A DNA stretch of 64,000 nucleotides from Bacilli bacterium (GCA_025992315.1 DAJPHG010000001.1:881633-945632), one strand, 5' to 3'. Positions 1-10,363 are shown, numbered from the stretch's first letter. Numbers and translations are program-made. The notes: a model not told the origin generated them from the letters alone.

Positions 1-2
1 GA

Positions 3-479
3 GGCAAGAATGGCGAATATTTTGTAGATGAAAAATTTAAAGAAAATATAACTAATGCTAAAAAAGCTGGTTTAAAAGTAGGCGTTTATTTTTATTCATA
101 TGCATTTTCTACAAAAGAAGCTAAAGAAAATGCTAAATGGGTATTAAAACAAATTAAGAAATATGATATTGATCTGCCAATAGCTTTTGATTGGGAAGAA
201 TGGAATAATTTTAATGAGTATAATTTGAGCTTTTTTGGATTAACTTCGATGGCTGAAGAATTTATTGATACTGTTCAAAAAGCAGGGTATAAAGGAATGA
301 TTTATTCAAGCAAAACTTACTTGGAAAACATTTGGCTAAGTACTGATTATGATATTTGGCTTGCTCAATATAATACTAAAGTTACATATGATGGTAAGTA
401 TAAAATGTGGCAATTATGTCAAGATGGAAAAATAGATGGTATTTCTAAAAATGTTGACATAGATATTCTATATAAATAA
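3..479 (+). CDS. GH25-family lysozyme/muramidase, C-terminal part (5' end lies outside the window)
   Basis: The frame is open from the window edge to TAA at 477-479. The translation (GLKVGVYFYSYAFSTKEAKENAKW, DLPIAFDWEEW, IWLAQY, GISKNVDIDI) fits the GH25 pattern. Confidence 0.7.
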   Translation, partial: GKNGEYFVDEKFKENITNAKKAGLKVGVYFYSYAFSTKEAKENAKWVLKQIKKYDIDLPIAFDWEEWNNFNEYNLSFFGLTSMAEEFIDTVQKAGYKGMIYSSKTYLENIWLSTDYDIWLAQYNTKVTYDGKYKMWQLCQDGKIDGISKNVDIDILYK

Positions 480-536
480 ATACTAGTTTTAGCTAGTGTT
501 TTTTGTTATACTTAAAGCAGAAAGTTATGTGATAAT

Positions 537-1469
537 ATGAAAAATTTAAAAGTGGTTTTTATGGGAACACCTGAATTTGCTGTTGGTGTTTTAGATGCAT
601 TAATTAAAGAAACTGATGTTAGATTAGTTGTAAGTCAACCAGATAAAATGGTAGGACGAAAAAAAGAATTAAAACCAACTCCGGTTAAATTAAAAGCATT
701 AGAAAATAATATAGAAGTTTTTCAGCCAAATAAAATTAGAGAAGATTATCAGAGAATAGTTCAAATAAATCCTGATATCATTATAACTTGTGCTTATGGT
801 CAAATTATTCCTAAAGCTCTTTTAGAGTTGCCTAAATTAGGATGTATAAATGTGCATGCTTCTTTGTTACCTAAACTTAGAGGTGGTGCTCCAATCCATA
901 AATGTTTAATAGATGGTTATAGTAAAACAGGAATTACTATAATGTATATGGATGAAAAAATGGATAGTGGAGATATTATAAGTCAAGAAGAGTACGTTAT
1001 AAAAGAAGATGATAACGTTGGTAAATTACATGATATTCTTTCTAATATAGGTGCTGAGTTACTTATTAAAACTTTACCAAGCATTATAAATAGAACAAAT
1101 GAAAGAATTAAACAAAATGAAGCAGAAGTAACTTATGCTTATAATATTAAAAGAGATGAAGAACATCTTGATTTTACTAAAAATTGTATAGATATTTATA
1201 ACCAGGTTAGAGGATTAAATCCTTGGCCTTTAGCAAATTTTTTATTAGATGATAAAGAAATAAAAGTGCTTAATTGTCATTATAAAATTAAAAATGTTAA
1301 AGAGAGATCTAAAATAATTGAAATAACAAAAGATAGTTTTGGTATAGCTTGTAATGATGGAATAATCTATCTTGATGAAATTAAACCTTTTGGAAAAAAG
1401 GCAATGACCATAAAACAATATCTTAATGGAGTAGATAAAAATGCTTTGTTAAATAAAGATATTAAGTAG
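537..1469 (+). CDS. fmt: methionyl-tRNA formyltransferase
   Basis: 310 aa with N-terminal VFMGTPEFAV and the HASLLPKLRGGAPI motif. The C-terminal domain is typical of Fmt. Confidence 0.95.
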   Translation: MKNLKVVFMGTPEFAVGVLDALIKETDVRLVVSQPDKMVGRKKELKPTPVKLKALENNIEVFQPNKIREDYQRIVQINPDIIITCAYGQIIPKALLELPKLGCINVHASLLPKLRGGAPIHKCLIDGYSKTGITIMYMDEKMDSGDIISQEEYVIKEDDNVGKLHDILSNIGAELLIKTLPSIINRTNERIKQNEAEVTYAYNIKRDEEHLDFTKNCIDIYNQVRGLNPWPLANFLLDDKEIKVLNCHYKIKNVKERSKIIEITKDSFGIACNDGIIYLDEIKPFGKKAMTIKQYLNGVDKNALLNKDIK

Positions 1470-1478
1470 GTGATAAAA

Positions 1479-2138
1479 ATGGCAAAAAAAGAAAAATATA
1501 AGCAAACTACGGAAGAAGATTCATGGTTTATTAAAACCTGGAATACTCAAAGAGGTAGAGCTTCTTTAAAGCTAGGCATTTACGCGATATTTATAGTATT
1601 TATACTAATATTAATTATATTTAAGACTCCTAGACAAAAACAACAACAAGTAATAAATTATTCTTTAGATAGCATTAAAGAAAAAGAAAGTAAAACTCAA
1701 AATATAGCTGAAAATAATTATCATTTTGAATATAATCTTGTAATAGATGGAAATAAAATAAAATATTATGGCGATAAAAATAAAAATATTGAAGTTGGCT
1801 ATAAAGAGGATTCAACAGGAATTATAAAATATTACAAAGAAAATGATTTGGTTTATAAAGTAGGATTGGATTCTAAAGATATAATAGATAATTTGTATTT
1901 AAATGTTAATGTGAATTATTTATCTTATTTTTATATAGATAGTTTAATTAAAGATTTAACACCTACTGTTATAGATAATAGTGAAGTATATCAAATAGAT
2001 TCTAATTTAAAAATAACTTATGTGAAAGATAATAATGCTATAACTAATATCATTGTTAATGATAGTTATAATACTTACGATTTAAAATATACTAAAATCA
2101 ATAAAATACCTACTATAGGTGAGACATATGAATACTAA
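1479..2138 (+). CDS. hypothetical membrane-anchored protein
   Basis: ATG at 1479 follows AGGTGA, so the GTG at 1470 in the ORF track is less likely. It has a basic N-terminus and one TM helix (LGIYAIFIVFILILIIF). No family recognised. Confidence 0.6.
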   Translation: MAKKEKYKQTTEEDSWFIKTWNTQRGRASLKLGIYAIFIVFILILIIFKTPRQKQQQVINYSLDSIKEKESKTQNIAENNYHFEYNLVIDGNKIKYYGDKNKNIEVGYKEDSTGIIKYYKENDLVYKVGLDSKDIIDNLYLNVNVNYLSYFYIDSLIKDLTPTVIDNSEVYQIDSNLKITYVKDNNAITNIIVNDSYNTYDLKYTKINKIPTIGETYEY

Positions 2139-2157
2139 ATTAGTTAAGAGGTAAAAA

Positions 2158-2346
2158 ATGAAAAAAGAAGATTTAAAAAAATTAAAAGCAAAATTATCAT
2201 ATTTAACAGAAGAAGAAAATTATTTAAGAGATTTATATTTAAGAGACTTAGCAGTTGGAAATGCTGAAGGACCATTATTAGGTTATTCTAGTTTGGATAA
2301 GCAATGGTTAAAATATTATAATTTAGATAATAAAATTAAAGTGTAA
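2158..2346 (+). CDS. 62-aa ORF, possibly the N-terminal remnant of an AMP-dependent synthetase/ligase
   Basis: A GAGG RBS sits upstream. LRDLYLRDLAVGNAEGPLLGYSSLDKQWLKYY resembles the N-termini I recall from clostridial AMP-binding enzymes (DKPWLKYY), but the ORF stops after 62 codons and is followed by a hairpin terminator. Confidence 0.4.
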   Translation: MKKEDLKKLKAKLSYLTEEENYLRDLYLRDLAVGNAEGPLLGYSSLDKQWLKYYNLDNKIKV

Positions 2347-2417
2347 TATAAATAAAATGGTAACTTAAGTGTTATCATTTTTATTTTAATAATATTTATT
2401 TATGGTATAATTAATAA

Positions 2418-3446
2418 GTGATGATTATGAATAATATTTTTAACTATAAATTAAGTGATTTAGAAGATTATTTTGGTGCTTTAGGAGAAAAAAAGTTTAA
2501 AGCAAGGCAGATATATGATTGGCTATATAAAAAACAAGTTTATGATTTTAAAGATATGACTAATATAAAAAAAGATTTAATAGATAAACTAGCTGAGGAT
2601 TTTAATACTGATATGATAAAAATAGTAAAAAAACAAGAAGATAAGACAGCTAGTAAATATCTATTTAAACTGTTTGATGATAACTACATTGAAGCTGTTT
2701 TAATGTATCATGATTATGGTATAAGTGTCTGTGTATCAAGTCAAGTTGGTTGTAATATGGGCTGTAAATTTTGTGAAAGTGGCAGATTAAAAAAAGTCAG
2801 AAACTTAGAAACTTATGAAATGGTAGAACAAATATTACTAATAGAACAAGATATAAAACAACGTATCTCTTCGGTAGTTATTATGGGTATTGGTGAACCA
2901 TTTGACAATTATAATAATGTTCTTAATTTTATCAAAATAATTAATAGTGATTTAGGCATTGCTATTGGTGCTAGACATATAACGGTATCTACTTGTGGTC
3001 TTATTCCTAAAATAAAAGAATTTAGTAATGAAAATATTCAAGTTAATCTTGCTGTTTCTTTACATGCTCCTAATAATGATTTAAGAAATAAAATTATGCC
3101 TATAAATAAAGCATATCCTCTAAATGATTTGATAGTAACTTTAAAAGAATATATTAAAAAAACTAATAGACGAGTAACTATAGAATATGTTATATTAGAT
3201 AAGGTAAATGATAGTAGAGAAAATGCTTTAGAACTTGCTAATTTACTAAAAGGAATGAATGTTTATGTTAATTTAATTCCTTATAATGAAACAAATAATT
3301 TAGATTTTAAAAAAAGTGATCGAAGTAACATTTTAAAATTTTATGATACTTTAAAGAAACAAAAGATTAATGTGACTATAAGAAAAGAGTTTGGCGCTAA
3401 TATTGATGGTGCATGTGGTCAATTAAGAAGCAAAGAGGTGGATTAA
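2418..3446 (+). CDS. rlmN: 23S rRNA/tRNA adenine-C2 methyltransferase RlmN (radical SAM)
   Basis: 342 aa with the GCNMGCKFCESG radical-SAM cluster and GIGEP motifs. The start is ambiguous (GTG 2418, ATG 2421 or ATG 2427). Confidence 0.95.
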   Translation: MMIMNNIFNYKLSDLEDYFGALGEKKFKARQIYDWLYKKQVYDFKDMTNIKKDLIDKLAEDFNTDMIKIVKKQEDKTASKYLFKLFDDNYIEAVLMYHDYGISVCVSSQVGCNMGCKFCESGRLKKVRNLETYEMVEQILLIEQDIKQRISSVVIMGIGEPFDNYNNVLNFIKIINSDLGIAIGARHITVSTCGLIPKIKEFSNENIQVNLAVSLHAPNNDLRNKIMPINKAYPLNDLIVTLKEYIKKTNRRVTIEYVILDKVNDSRENALELANLLKGMNVYVNLIPYNETNNLDFKKSDRSNILKFYDTLKKQKINVTIRKEFGANIDGACGQLRSKEVD

Positions 3447-4193
3447 GTGAAAGCATTTTATTTAACTGATGCTGGCAGAATAAGAGATCATAATGAAGAT
3501 AGTGTAACAATTTTAAAAAACTTAAATAATGAATATTTAATGATTGTTGCAGATGGAATGGGTGGACATAGAGCAGGAGAAGTAGCTTCCTCTTTAGCTG
3601 TTGCTCATCTTGGAAAACGATTTACAGAAACAGCATCTGTTGGTTCTAAATTAGATGCAGTAAATTGGCTTAAAGATAATATAAATGAAATAAATAAAGC
3701 AATTATTGATTATACAAAAGATTATCCAGAAACAACTGGAATGGGAACTACTTTAGTAGTAGCTGTTTTGACAAAAGATTATTTAATTTTTGGAAATATT
3801 GGTGATTCTGTAGGTTATGTTGTTAAGAATAATAAACTACATAAAGTTACTAAAGAACATACTTTAGTAAACTTACTTGTAAGTACTGGGGAGCTAACTG
3901 AAGAAGAAGCAAAGAATCATCCTAAAAGAAATGTTTTAATGAAAGCATTAGGAGCTGCTGAAGTATGTGAACTTGATATATTTGATGTTGATACAGATGT
4001 TGATGGTATAATGCTTTGCAGTGATGGTTTGACAAATATGTTAACTGTTGAACAAATTGAAAGAGTTTTAAATGATGAGGAATTAAATATAGAACAGAAA
4101 GTAGTTAAATTAATTAGAAAGAGTAATGCTAGGGGTGGCACTGATAATATAACTATTGCTTATTTAGTTAATGAAAGTGAGGATACGTTATAA
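3447..4193 (+). CDS. prpC: PP2C-family Ser/Thr protein phosphatase
   Basis: Contains VADGMGGH, GMGTT and CSDGL motifs. It starts at GTG and is coupled to the downstream kinase by a TAATG overlap. Confidence 0.9.
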   Translation: MKAFYLTDAGRIRDHNEDSVTILKNLNNEYLMIVADGMGGHRAGEVASSLAVAHLGKRFTETASVGSKLDAVNWLKDNINEINKAIIDYTKDYPETTGMGTTLVVAVLTKDYLIFGNIGDSVGYVVKNNKLHKVTKEHTLVNLLVSTGELTEEEAKNHPKRNVLMKALGAAEVCELDIFDVDTDVDGIMLCSDGLTNMLTVEQIERVLNDEELNIEQKVVKLIRKSNARGGTDNITIAYLVNESEDTL

Positions 4194-5926
4194 TGATAAT
4201 GAAAGGTCAAAAAATTAACGATCGCTATCAAATTATAAAAACTATTGGTGAAGGTGGAATGGCTAATGTTTATCTAGCCTATGATACTATTTTAGATCGA
4301 AATGTTGCTGTTAAAGTATTACGTGGAGATTTAGCTCAAGATGAAAAATTTGTTAGACGTTTTCAAAGAGAAGCTTTATCTGCAAGTAGCTTATCGCATC
4401 CTAATATTGTAGAAGTTTACGATGTTGGTGAAGATAATGGTCAATATTATATAGTAATGGAATATATAGAAGGAAAACATTTAAAGCAATTATTAAAAAA
4501 ACGTGGTAATTTAACAGTAACTGAAGTAATTGATATTATGCTTCAAATTACTGATGGAATGGCCCTTGCTCATGATTCATATATTATTCATCGAGATATT
4601 AAACCACAAAATATTATGATATTAGAAAACGGATTAGTTAAAATTACTGATTTTGGAATTGCTATGGCAATGAATGCTGCTCAATTAACACAAACAAATT
4701 CAGTAATGGGTTCTGTACATTATTTACCTCCAGAGCAGGCTAGTGGTAATGGATCAACACTTCAAAGTGATATATATTCTATGGGAATATTAATGTATGA
4801 ATTATTATGTGGTCATTTACCATATAGAGGTGATAATGCTGTAGAAATAGCATTGAAACATCTTAAAGAACCGCTTCCATCAATAAGAGAGTACTTGCCT
4901 AACTTACCACAAAGTGTTGAGAATGTTATATTAAAAGCAACAGCTAAGAATCCTAAAAATAGATATGCTGATGCTAGAGAAATGCATGAAGATTTAAAAA
5001 CCGTAATGGATGATTCTAGAATAAATGAACCAAGATATGTTTATCCTTATCCTGAAGGAGAAGAAGTAGAAAAAACAAAAAAAGTTGTAAAAAATGAAAT
5101 GCCAGATGACGAAGTTAAAGTAAAACAAATAACAAAAGATGATTTGAAAAAACAAAATAAATTATTAATAGCTTTGGGTTCAATATTTGCTGGATTAATT
5201 ATAATTATAACAACATTAGTATTTATAATTCCTTTAATTACAGGGGGAAAAGAAGTAATAGTTCCTGATGTATCAAATATGAGTGAAAAGAAAGCTATTA
5301 AAACTTTACAAGATAAAGGTTTTAAGATAGCAGATGAAACTAAAGAAGTTAGTTCAAATGATATAGAAAAAGGGAAAGTTGTTAAAACAAATCCCGTTGC
5401 AGGTTCTAAAAAAGTAAAAGGAAAAGTTATCACATTATATTTATCAAGTGGTAGTAATCAAATTACGATTGAAGATTATACTGGACAAAACTTTAATGAA
5501 GTAAAAGGCAAATTAAGTGCTTATAATATAAATGTTGTTCAAGAGAAGAAAGAAGTAAAAGATAAAAAAGATCTTAGTGATAATGAAATAATTGGTCAAT
5601 CAGTAGAAGCAGGTAAAAAGCTTTCACCTAATGAAAGTATTACATTATATGTACCTGATATAACAACTAAATATCCAGATTTCTCTAATGGATATACTGT
5701 TGACTCTGTAAAAAGTTTCTGTGATGCTAATGGCGTTACTTTAAATGTTGAATATGTAGAAACAAAAGATTATACTCCAGGAACTATATATTATCAAAGC
5801 AAATCTGCTGGCTATACTGTTTCAAGTGGTTCGTCATTGACTATTAAAGTTGCTCAAGGTACTGAAACTGAAAACAATACTTCTTCAACTGATGATAATT
5901 TGTGTGAAACAACAGGATTGTGTTAA
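4193..5926 (+). CDS. prkC: Ser/Thr protein kinase with TM helix and extracellular PASTA repeats
   Basis: Hanks kinase motifs (GEGGMANVY, HRDIKPQN, DFGIA), one TM helix, then three PASTA-like repeats. Confidence 0.9.
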   Translation: MIMKGQKINDRYQIIKTIGEGGMANVYLAYDTILDRNVAVKVLRGDLAQDEKFVRRFQREALSASSLSHPNIVEVYDVGEDNGQYYIVMEYIEGKHLKQLLKKRGNLTVTEVIDIMLQITDGMALAHDSYIIHRDIKPQNIMILENGLVKITDFGIAMAMNAAQLTQTNSVMGSVHYLPPEQASGNGSTLQSDIYSMGILMYELLCGHLPYRGDNAVEIALKHLKEPLPSIREYLPNLPQSVENVILKATAKNPKNRYADAREMHEDLKTVMDDSRINEPRYVYPYPEGEEVEKTKKVVKNEMPDDEVKVKQITKDDLKKQNKLLIALGSIFAGLIIIITTLVFIIPLITGGKEVIVPDVSNMSEKKAIKTLQDKGFKIADETKEVSSNDIEKGKVVKTNPVAGSKKVKGKVITLYLSSGSNQITIEDYTGQNFNEVKGKLSAYNINVVQEKKEVKDKKDLSDNEIIGQSVEAGKKLSPNESITLYVPDITTKYPDFSNGYTVDSVKSFCDANGVTLNVEYVETKDYTPGTIYYQSKSAGYTVSSGSSLTIKVAQGTETENNTSSTDDNLCETTGLC

Positions 5927-6753
5927 TGCAAGGAAAAATAATAAGAATAATTAGTAATCTTTATACTGTTAAATGCAGTGATGGTAAATATGATTGTCAA
6001 GCTAGAGGAAAATTTAGAAATGATAAAATAACTCCTCTAGTTGGTGATGATTGTATTATTGATAAAGATAATAAATATATTTTAGAGATATTACCGCGTA
6101 AAAATGAACTTAAAAGGCCATTGGTTTCTAATATTGATACAGCAGTAATTGTCACTAGCATAAAGCAACCAGATTTATCTTTAAATCTTTTGGATAAAAT
6201 GTTGAGCATAATTACTATAAATAAAATAAAGCCAATTATTTGTTTTACCAAGTTGGATTTAGCAGATAAAAATGATAAAAAATTAATCAAGCAATTAAAA
6301 AAATATTATGAGAGTATTAATATTCCAGTATTAAATAATAAAAAAATTGGCAAGTTAAAAAGATGTTTAAAGAATCAAGTTGTAGTTTTTACTGGTCAAA
6401 CAGGTGCTGGGAAATCATCTTTGTTAAATAAAATAGATAAAACTCTAAATTTAAAAACAGGAGAGATATCTATGGCTTTAAATAGAGGAAAACATACTAC
6501 TAGACATGTAGAGCTATTTGAATTAAATAATACTTATATTGTTGATACACCTGGTTTTTCTGCTTTAGATTTTAATGATATTAGTGATGAACAAATAAAA
6601 GATTCTTTTGTTGAGTTTGGTAAATATAATTGTAAATTTAATAATTGTATGCATATTAATGAAAAAGAATGCAAAGTTAAAGACGCTATAGAAAATCAAC
6701 AAATATTATTAAGCAGATATGAAAATTATAAAAGTTTTGTTAAAAGGAAGTGA
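5926..6753 (+). CDS. rsgA: ribosome small-subunit biogenesis GTPase RsgA
   Basis: Contains the GQTGAGKSSLLN P-loop and the C-terminal zinc motif CKFNNCMHINEKEC. The ATG at 5926 forms a TAATG overlap with prkC. The gene ends in TGA. Confidence 0.9.
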   Translation: MQGKIIRIISNLYTVKCSDGKYDCQARGKFRNDKITPLVGDDCIIDKDNKYILEILPRKNELKRPLVSNIDTAVIVTSIKQPDLSLNLLDKMLSIITINKIKPIICFTKLDLADKNDKKLIKQLKKYYESINIPVLNNKKIGKLKRCLKNQVVVFTGQTGAGKSSLLNKIDKTLNLKTGEISMALNRGKHTTRHVELFELNNTYIVDTPGFSALDFNDISDEQIKDSFVEFGKYNCKFNNCMHINEKECKVKDAIENQQILLSRYENYKSFVKRK

Positions 6754-7394
6754 TTTTTATTAAAGTATCAGTTTCATTTTTAAAGAGTAAATATAGTCAT
6801 AAAGAAACAATTAATTTAATTGAAAATAGCAATTGTGATTATATTCATGTCGATGTAATGGATGGCAATTTCGTTGTAACTAAAACAGAGGACTTAATAA
6901 AATATTTAATCAATTCTAAAAAAAAGCTTGATGTTCATTTGATGGTAGAAGAGCCTTTAGATTATATAAATGATTATGCAAAATTAAATGTCGAATATAT
7001 AACTATTCATAGTGAAATAAACAAAGATTTATCTAATTTAATTGATTATATACATTCATTAAATATTAAATGTGGTTTAGCTATAAATCCTGAAACTGAC
7101 ATTAATAAAATAGAACCATATTTAAGTAAAATTGATCAAGTTTTAATTATGAGCGTTCATCCTGGTGCTGGTGGGCAAAAATTTATCGATTCATCTATAG
7201 ATAAGATTAATATTCTAGATAATTTAAGAAGTATTAATAATTACAAATATATTATTAATATTGATGGAGGAGTAAATAAAGAAACTATTAGTGCGATAAA
7301 GAAAACTAATATTGATATGGTTGTTTCTGGAAGTTTTATTACATTAAGTGATAATTATCAAACTCAAATAGATATATTAAAAAAGAGCTGTTAA
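6750..7394 (+). CDS. rpe: ribulose-phosphate 3-epimerase (divergent N-terminus)
   Basis: Contains HVDVMDGNFV, MSVHPGAGGQKF and DGGVN motifs. It starts at GTG, overlapping the rsgA stop. Confidence 0.85.
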   Translation: MIFIKVSVSFLKSKYSHKETINLIENSNCDYIHVDVMDGNFVVTKTEDLIKYLINSKKKLDVHLMVEEPLDYINDYAKLNVEYITIHSEINKDLSNLIDYIHSLNIKCGLAINPETDINKIEPYLSKIDQVLIMSVHPGAGGQKFIDSSIDKINILDNLRSINNYKYIINIDGGVNKETISAIKKTNIDMVVSGSFITLSDNYQTQIDILKKSC

Positions 7395-7406
7395 AAGCTC
7401 TTTTTT
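7381..7406 (+). terminator. rho-independent terminator of the rpe operon
   Basis: AAAGAGC-tgttaaaa-GCTCTTT stem-loop followed by a T-run. The rpe stop codon lies in the loop. Confidence 0.7.
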
Positions 7407-7428
7407 CTTTTAAAATAAAAAGTTGCAA

Positions 7429-7587
7429 TTATGCAACGTTTTTTGCTTCTCTAGCTGTAATTCTTACGCTCTTACCATTTATTGTTTTCTTTTGAAGATT
7501 TGGCTTTTGTTGAGTCTTTGATGCATTCATTGCATGAGATCTTTTATTACCACTTAAAGGCTTTTTCATAGTTGCTTTTTTTGCCAT
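7429..7587 (-). CDS. rpmB: 50S ribosomal protein L28 (short, 52 aa)
   Basis: The reverse-strand translation MAKKATMKKPLSGNKRSHAMNASKTQQKPNLQKK... matches the bL28 core (GNxRSHAMNASK..NLQK). It has a strong SD (AAAGGAGGAAG). The GTTGCAtaatTGCAAC hairpin plus T-run overlaps the stop. This ORF is missing from the ORF track because it is under 60 aa. Confidence 0.8.
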   Translation of the reverse strand: MAKKATMKKPLSGNKRSHAMNASKTQQKPNLQKKTINGKSVRITAREAKNVA

Positions 7588-7701
7588 TGTAACTTCCTCC
7601 TTTAATAATTAAACTACTTAAAGACTTTATCATAAATTTCTAAATAAGTCAATTTATAAGCAAATATTTTTATTATTTTTGTCAAAATAAATGTTGTTTA
7701 A

Positions 7702-7730
7702 TTGCTTTATTTATCGTTGTTTGATAAAAT
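7702..7730 (+). promoter_or_regulatory. sigma-A type promoter for the ireB-ruvX operon
   Basis: TTGCTT, then a 17-nt spacer containing TGa, then TAAAAT (extended -10), about 25 nt upstream of the ATG at 7755. Confidence 0.5.
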
Positions 7731-7754
7731 TATATAGTACAAGGGTGATTTAGT

Positions 7755-7964
7755 ATGAATAAAGAGAATGTTAGAGAAACTTTAAAAGAAATTTATGAGA
7801 GCTTAAAAAAAGGAAATTATGATCCATTAAGTCAAATAGTAGGATATTTAAACAGCGGAGATCCAGGATATGTATCTTCTTATGAAAATGCTCGAACTAA
7901 AATTATAGCTTTAGATCGTGCAGAAGTTATTCAAATAATGCTAGAGGAATTTTTAAATCAGTAA
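7755..7964 (+). CDS. UPF0297/IreB-family protein (YrzL-like)
   Basis: 69 aa with SQIVGYLNSGDPGYV, the family signature. It sits in the conserved position upstream of ruvX. Confidence 0.85.
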   Translation: MNKENVRETLKEIYESLKKGNYDPLSQIVGYLNSGDPGYVSSYENARTKIIALDRAEVIQIMLEEFLNQ

Positions 7965-8383
7965 TGCGTTGTTTAGGACTTGATTTAGGAACGAGAACTT
8001 TAGGTGTTGCAATAAGTGATAAGACTAATACTTTAGCTTCATTTTTAAAAGTAATTCGTTTTAATGATGATACTAAAAACCAAATGTATGAAGAATTGTG
8101 TCAAATAATTAAGGAATATAACATTACTCATGTTATATTAGGCTTACCTAAAAATATGGATAATTCATTAGGATTTGCTAGCCAAAGGAGTATTGATTTT
8201 AAAAATCATCTAACAAATTTAGTTGATGTTGAAATAATACTATTAGATGAGCGATTGACAACAGTTGAAGCAGAAAATATTTTATTAACTGCTGATATGA
8301 GTAGAAAAAAAAGAAAAAAAGTAATTGATGGTGTAGCTGCTACAATTATCTTAGAAACATATTTAAGAATGAAGGGAAATTAA
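7964..8383 (+). CDS. ruvX: Holliday-junction-resolvase-like nuclease RuvX/YqgF
   Basis: 139 aa with GLDLGTRTLGVAISD and LDERLTT motifs. Confidence 0.9.
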   Translation: MRCLGLDLGTRTLGVAISDKTNTLASFLKVIRFNDDTKNQMYEELCQIIKEYNITHVILGLPKNMDNSLGFASQRSIDFKNHLTNLVDVEIILLDERLTTVEAENILLTADMSRKKRKKVIDGVAATIILETYLRMKGN

Positions 8384-8384
8384 A

Positions 8385-8675
8385 ATGGAAGAAAAAAAGA
8401 ATACTTTTACAATTGTAAATGATGAAGGAAAAGAATTAGAATGTGATGTTTTATTTACTTTTGATAGTGATGAAACTAAAAAGAGTTATATAGTCTATAC
8501 TGATAATACAACTGATGAATCAGGAAGTACGAGAGTATATGCTAGTATTTATGATGCCACTGGTGCTGATAAAAGTCTAAAACCTATTGAAAGTGAGCAA
8601 GAATGGGATGTTATAGAAAATATATTGTCATCTATTCAAGAAAAAGTTGATAGTGAAGAGAGTCAAGATAATTAG
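8385..8675 (+). CDS. DUF1292 protein (YrzB-like)
   Basis: 96 aa and acidic. The ECDVLFTFDSDETKKSYIVYTD pattern and its synteny after ruvX support the call. Confidence 0.8.
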   Translation: MEEKKNTFTIVNDEGKELECDVLFTFDSDETKKSYIVYTDNTTDESGSTRVYASIYDATGADKSLKPIESEQEWDVIENILSSIQEKVDSEESQDN

Positions 8676-9740
8676 ATGAAAAAATTAATTATAGGTCTGG
8701 TTATTGCTCTATGCTCAATAGTTATTTTAGGGGTAAGTATTTATAATTACTGTTTAACTCCTGTAGACAAAAATGATAACAAAAATATAAGCTTTGTAGT
8801 TACTTCAGGCGAAGGAAAAAAAGAAATTATTAAAAATTTAAAGACAGCAAATTTGATTAAGAGTAAAACAGCTTCATATATGTATGTTATTCTTAATAAA
8901 GAAGTTGTATTTAAATCAGGCACCTTTACTTTAAAAAGAAGTATGAGTGTCAAAGAAGTATTTAATACTTTAGATGTTGGAAGAACAAAAGAGCAAGATG
9001 GTTTAACAATTACTTTTAAAGAAGGAAAAAGATTAACTGATTATATAACATTAGTAGAATCTAAAACTGATATAAAAGAAGAAGATTTTATTAATCTATT
9101 ACATGATAAAAATTATTTAAAGAGTTTAATTAATGAATATTGGTTTTTAACTGATGATATTTTAAATGATAATATTTATTATGCTTTAGAAGGTTATTTA
9201 TTTCCAGATACATATAATTTTGCTCTTGATGCAACAGCAAAAGATATAATCAAAACAATTTTAGATAATACTGAAGTAAAATTAAAATCTTTAAAAAAGG
9301 ATATGCAAAATAATGATTTAACAATTCATGAAATATTTACCTTGGCTTCTATTGTTGAATTAGAGGGAAAAGAAAACAGTGATAAAGCTGGTATTTCAAG
9401 AGTATTTTTAAACCGTATAGCTAATAATATGTCTTTAGGAAGCGATGTTACAACATATTATGCAGCAAATAAAACTTTCAAAGAAGATTTAACAACAGTT
9501 GAATTAAATGCTTGTAACAGTTATAATACTAGAGGTTCTTGTTTTAAAGGCTTACCTGTTGGTCCAGTTTCCAATCCGGGACTTAAATCTTTAGAAGCAG
9601 CCATTAATCCTGAAGATAATGATTATTTATTTTTTGTCTCTGATAAAAATGGAAAGATTTATTTTAGTAAAACCAATAGTGAACATGAAAAACAAGTTAG
9701 TGATTTGAAAAACGGTGGAAATTGGTTCGTTTATGAATAA
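8676..9740 (+). CDS. mltG: endolytic murein transglycosylase MltG (YceG family)
   Basis: An N-terminal TM helix is followed by LASIVELEG and YNTR..GLPVGPVSNPG motifs. Confidence 0.9.
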   Translation: MKKLIIGLVIALCSIVILGVSIYNYCLTPVDKNDNKNISFVVTSGEGKKEIIKNLKTANLIKSKTASYMYVILNKEVVFKSGTFTLKRSMSVKEVFNTLDVGRTKEQDGLTITFKEGKRLTDYITLVESKTDIKEEDFINLLHDKNYLKSLINEYWFLTDDILNDNIYYALEGYLFPDTYNFALDATAKDIIKTILDNTEVKLKSLKKDMQNNDLTIHEIFTLASIVELEGKENSDKAGISRVFLNRIANNMSLGSDVTTYYAANKTFKEDLTTVELNACNSYNTRGSCFKGLPVGPVSNPGLKSLEAAINPEDNDYLFFVSDKNGKIYFSKTNSEHEKQVSDLKNGGNWFVYE

Positions 9741-9766
9741 AATACTATAGAAAAGAGTGAAGTAAA

Positions 9767-10363
9767 ATGAAAGAATTTATTCAAGAAATGGAGGAATATG
9801 CTAGAAATAAAAATGTTCCCATTATTGAAAAAGATTCAATTACGTTTTTAATGAAATATATAAAATTACATAAAGTAAAAAATATTTTAGAAATTGGTTC
9901 AGCAATAGGATATTCTTCTATTTTAATGGCTAGTGTTGCTGAGGATGTAAAGGTAACAACTATTGAAAGAGACGAAACTCGTTACATGGAATGTTTAAAA
10001 AATGTAAAAAAATGTGGAATGGATAAAAAAATAAACGTTGTTTATCAAGATGCGTTAGAGGTTAATCTTAGTGAACAAATGCAATATGATTTGATTTTTA
10101 TAGATGCTGCTAAAGGGCAATATACAAAGTTTTTTGAAAAGTTTAAATATTTTTTAGCACCTAATGGTATAATTGTAACAGACAACTTAAAATTTCATGG
10201 TTATGTTGGTTCTACAAAACCAATTGAAAATAGAAATTTAAGAGGAATTGTTACAAAAATAGAAAAGTATATTAACTTTTTAAAAGATAATGAAGAGTTT
10301 GAAACTAAATTCTATGATGTTGGTGATGGATTATCTGTAAGTGTTAAAAAACAAGATAAATAA
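9767..10363 (+). CDS. trmR: class I SAM-dependent O-methyltransferase (YrrM/TrmR-like)
   Basis: Contains the LEIGSAIGYSS SAM motif. Synteny is mltG-yrrM-yrrN-yrrO as in Bacillus. Confidence 0.75.
   Translation: MKEFIQEMEEYARNKNVPIIEKDSITFLMKYIKLHKVKNILEIGSAIGYSSILMASVAEDVKVTTIERDETRYMECLKNVKKCGMDKKINVVYQDALEVNLSEQMQYDLIFIDAAKGQYTKFFEKFKYFLAPNGIIVTDNLKFHGYVGSTKPIENRNLRGIVTKIEKYINFLKDNEEFETKFYDVGDGLSVSVKKQDK

Noticed and set aside
5047-5433. 128-aa minus-strand ORF inside prkC. The same applies to 3917-4141, 5997-6290, 8747-8953, 13550-13801, 26921-27178, 27806-28009, 45217-45411, 48655-48882, 53026-53214, 56316-56564 and 61716-61943.
   Set aside because: Each lies fully antisense to a well-supported conserved gene, has a low-complexity Phe/Ser/Ile-rich translation typical of shadow frames in AT-rich DNA, and has no RBS.
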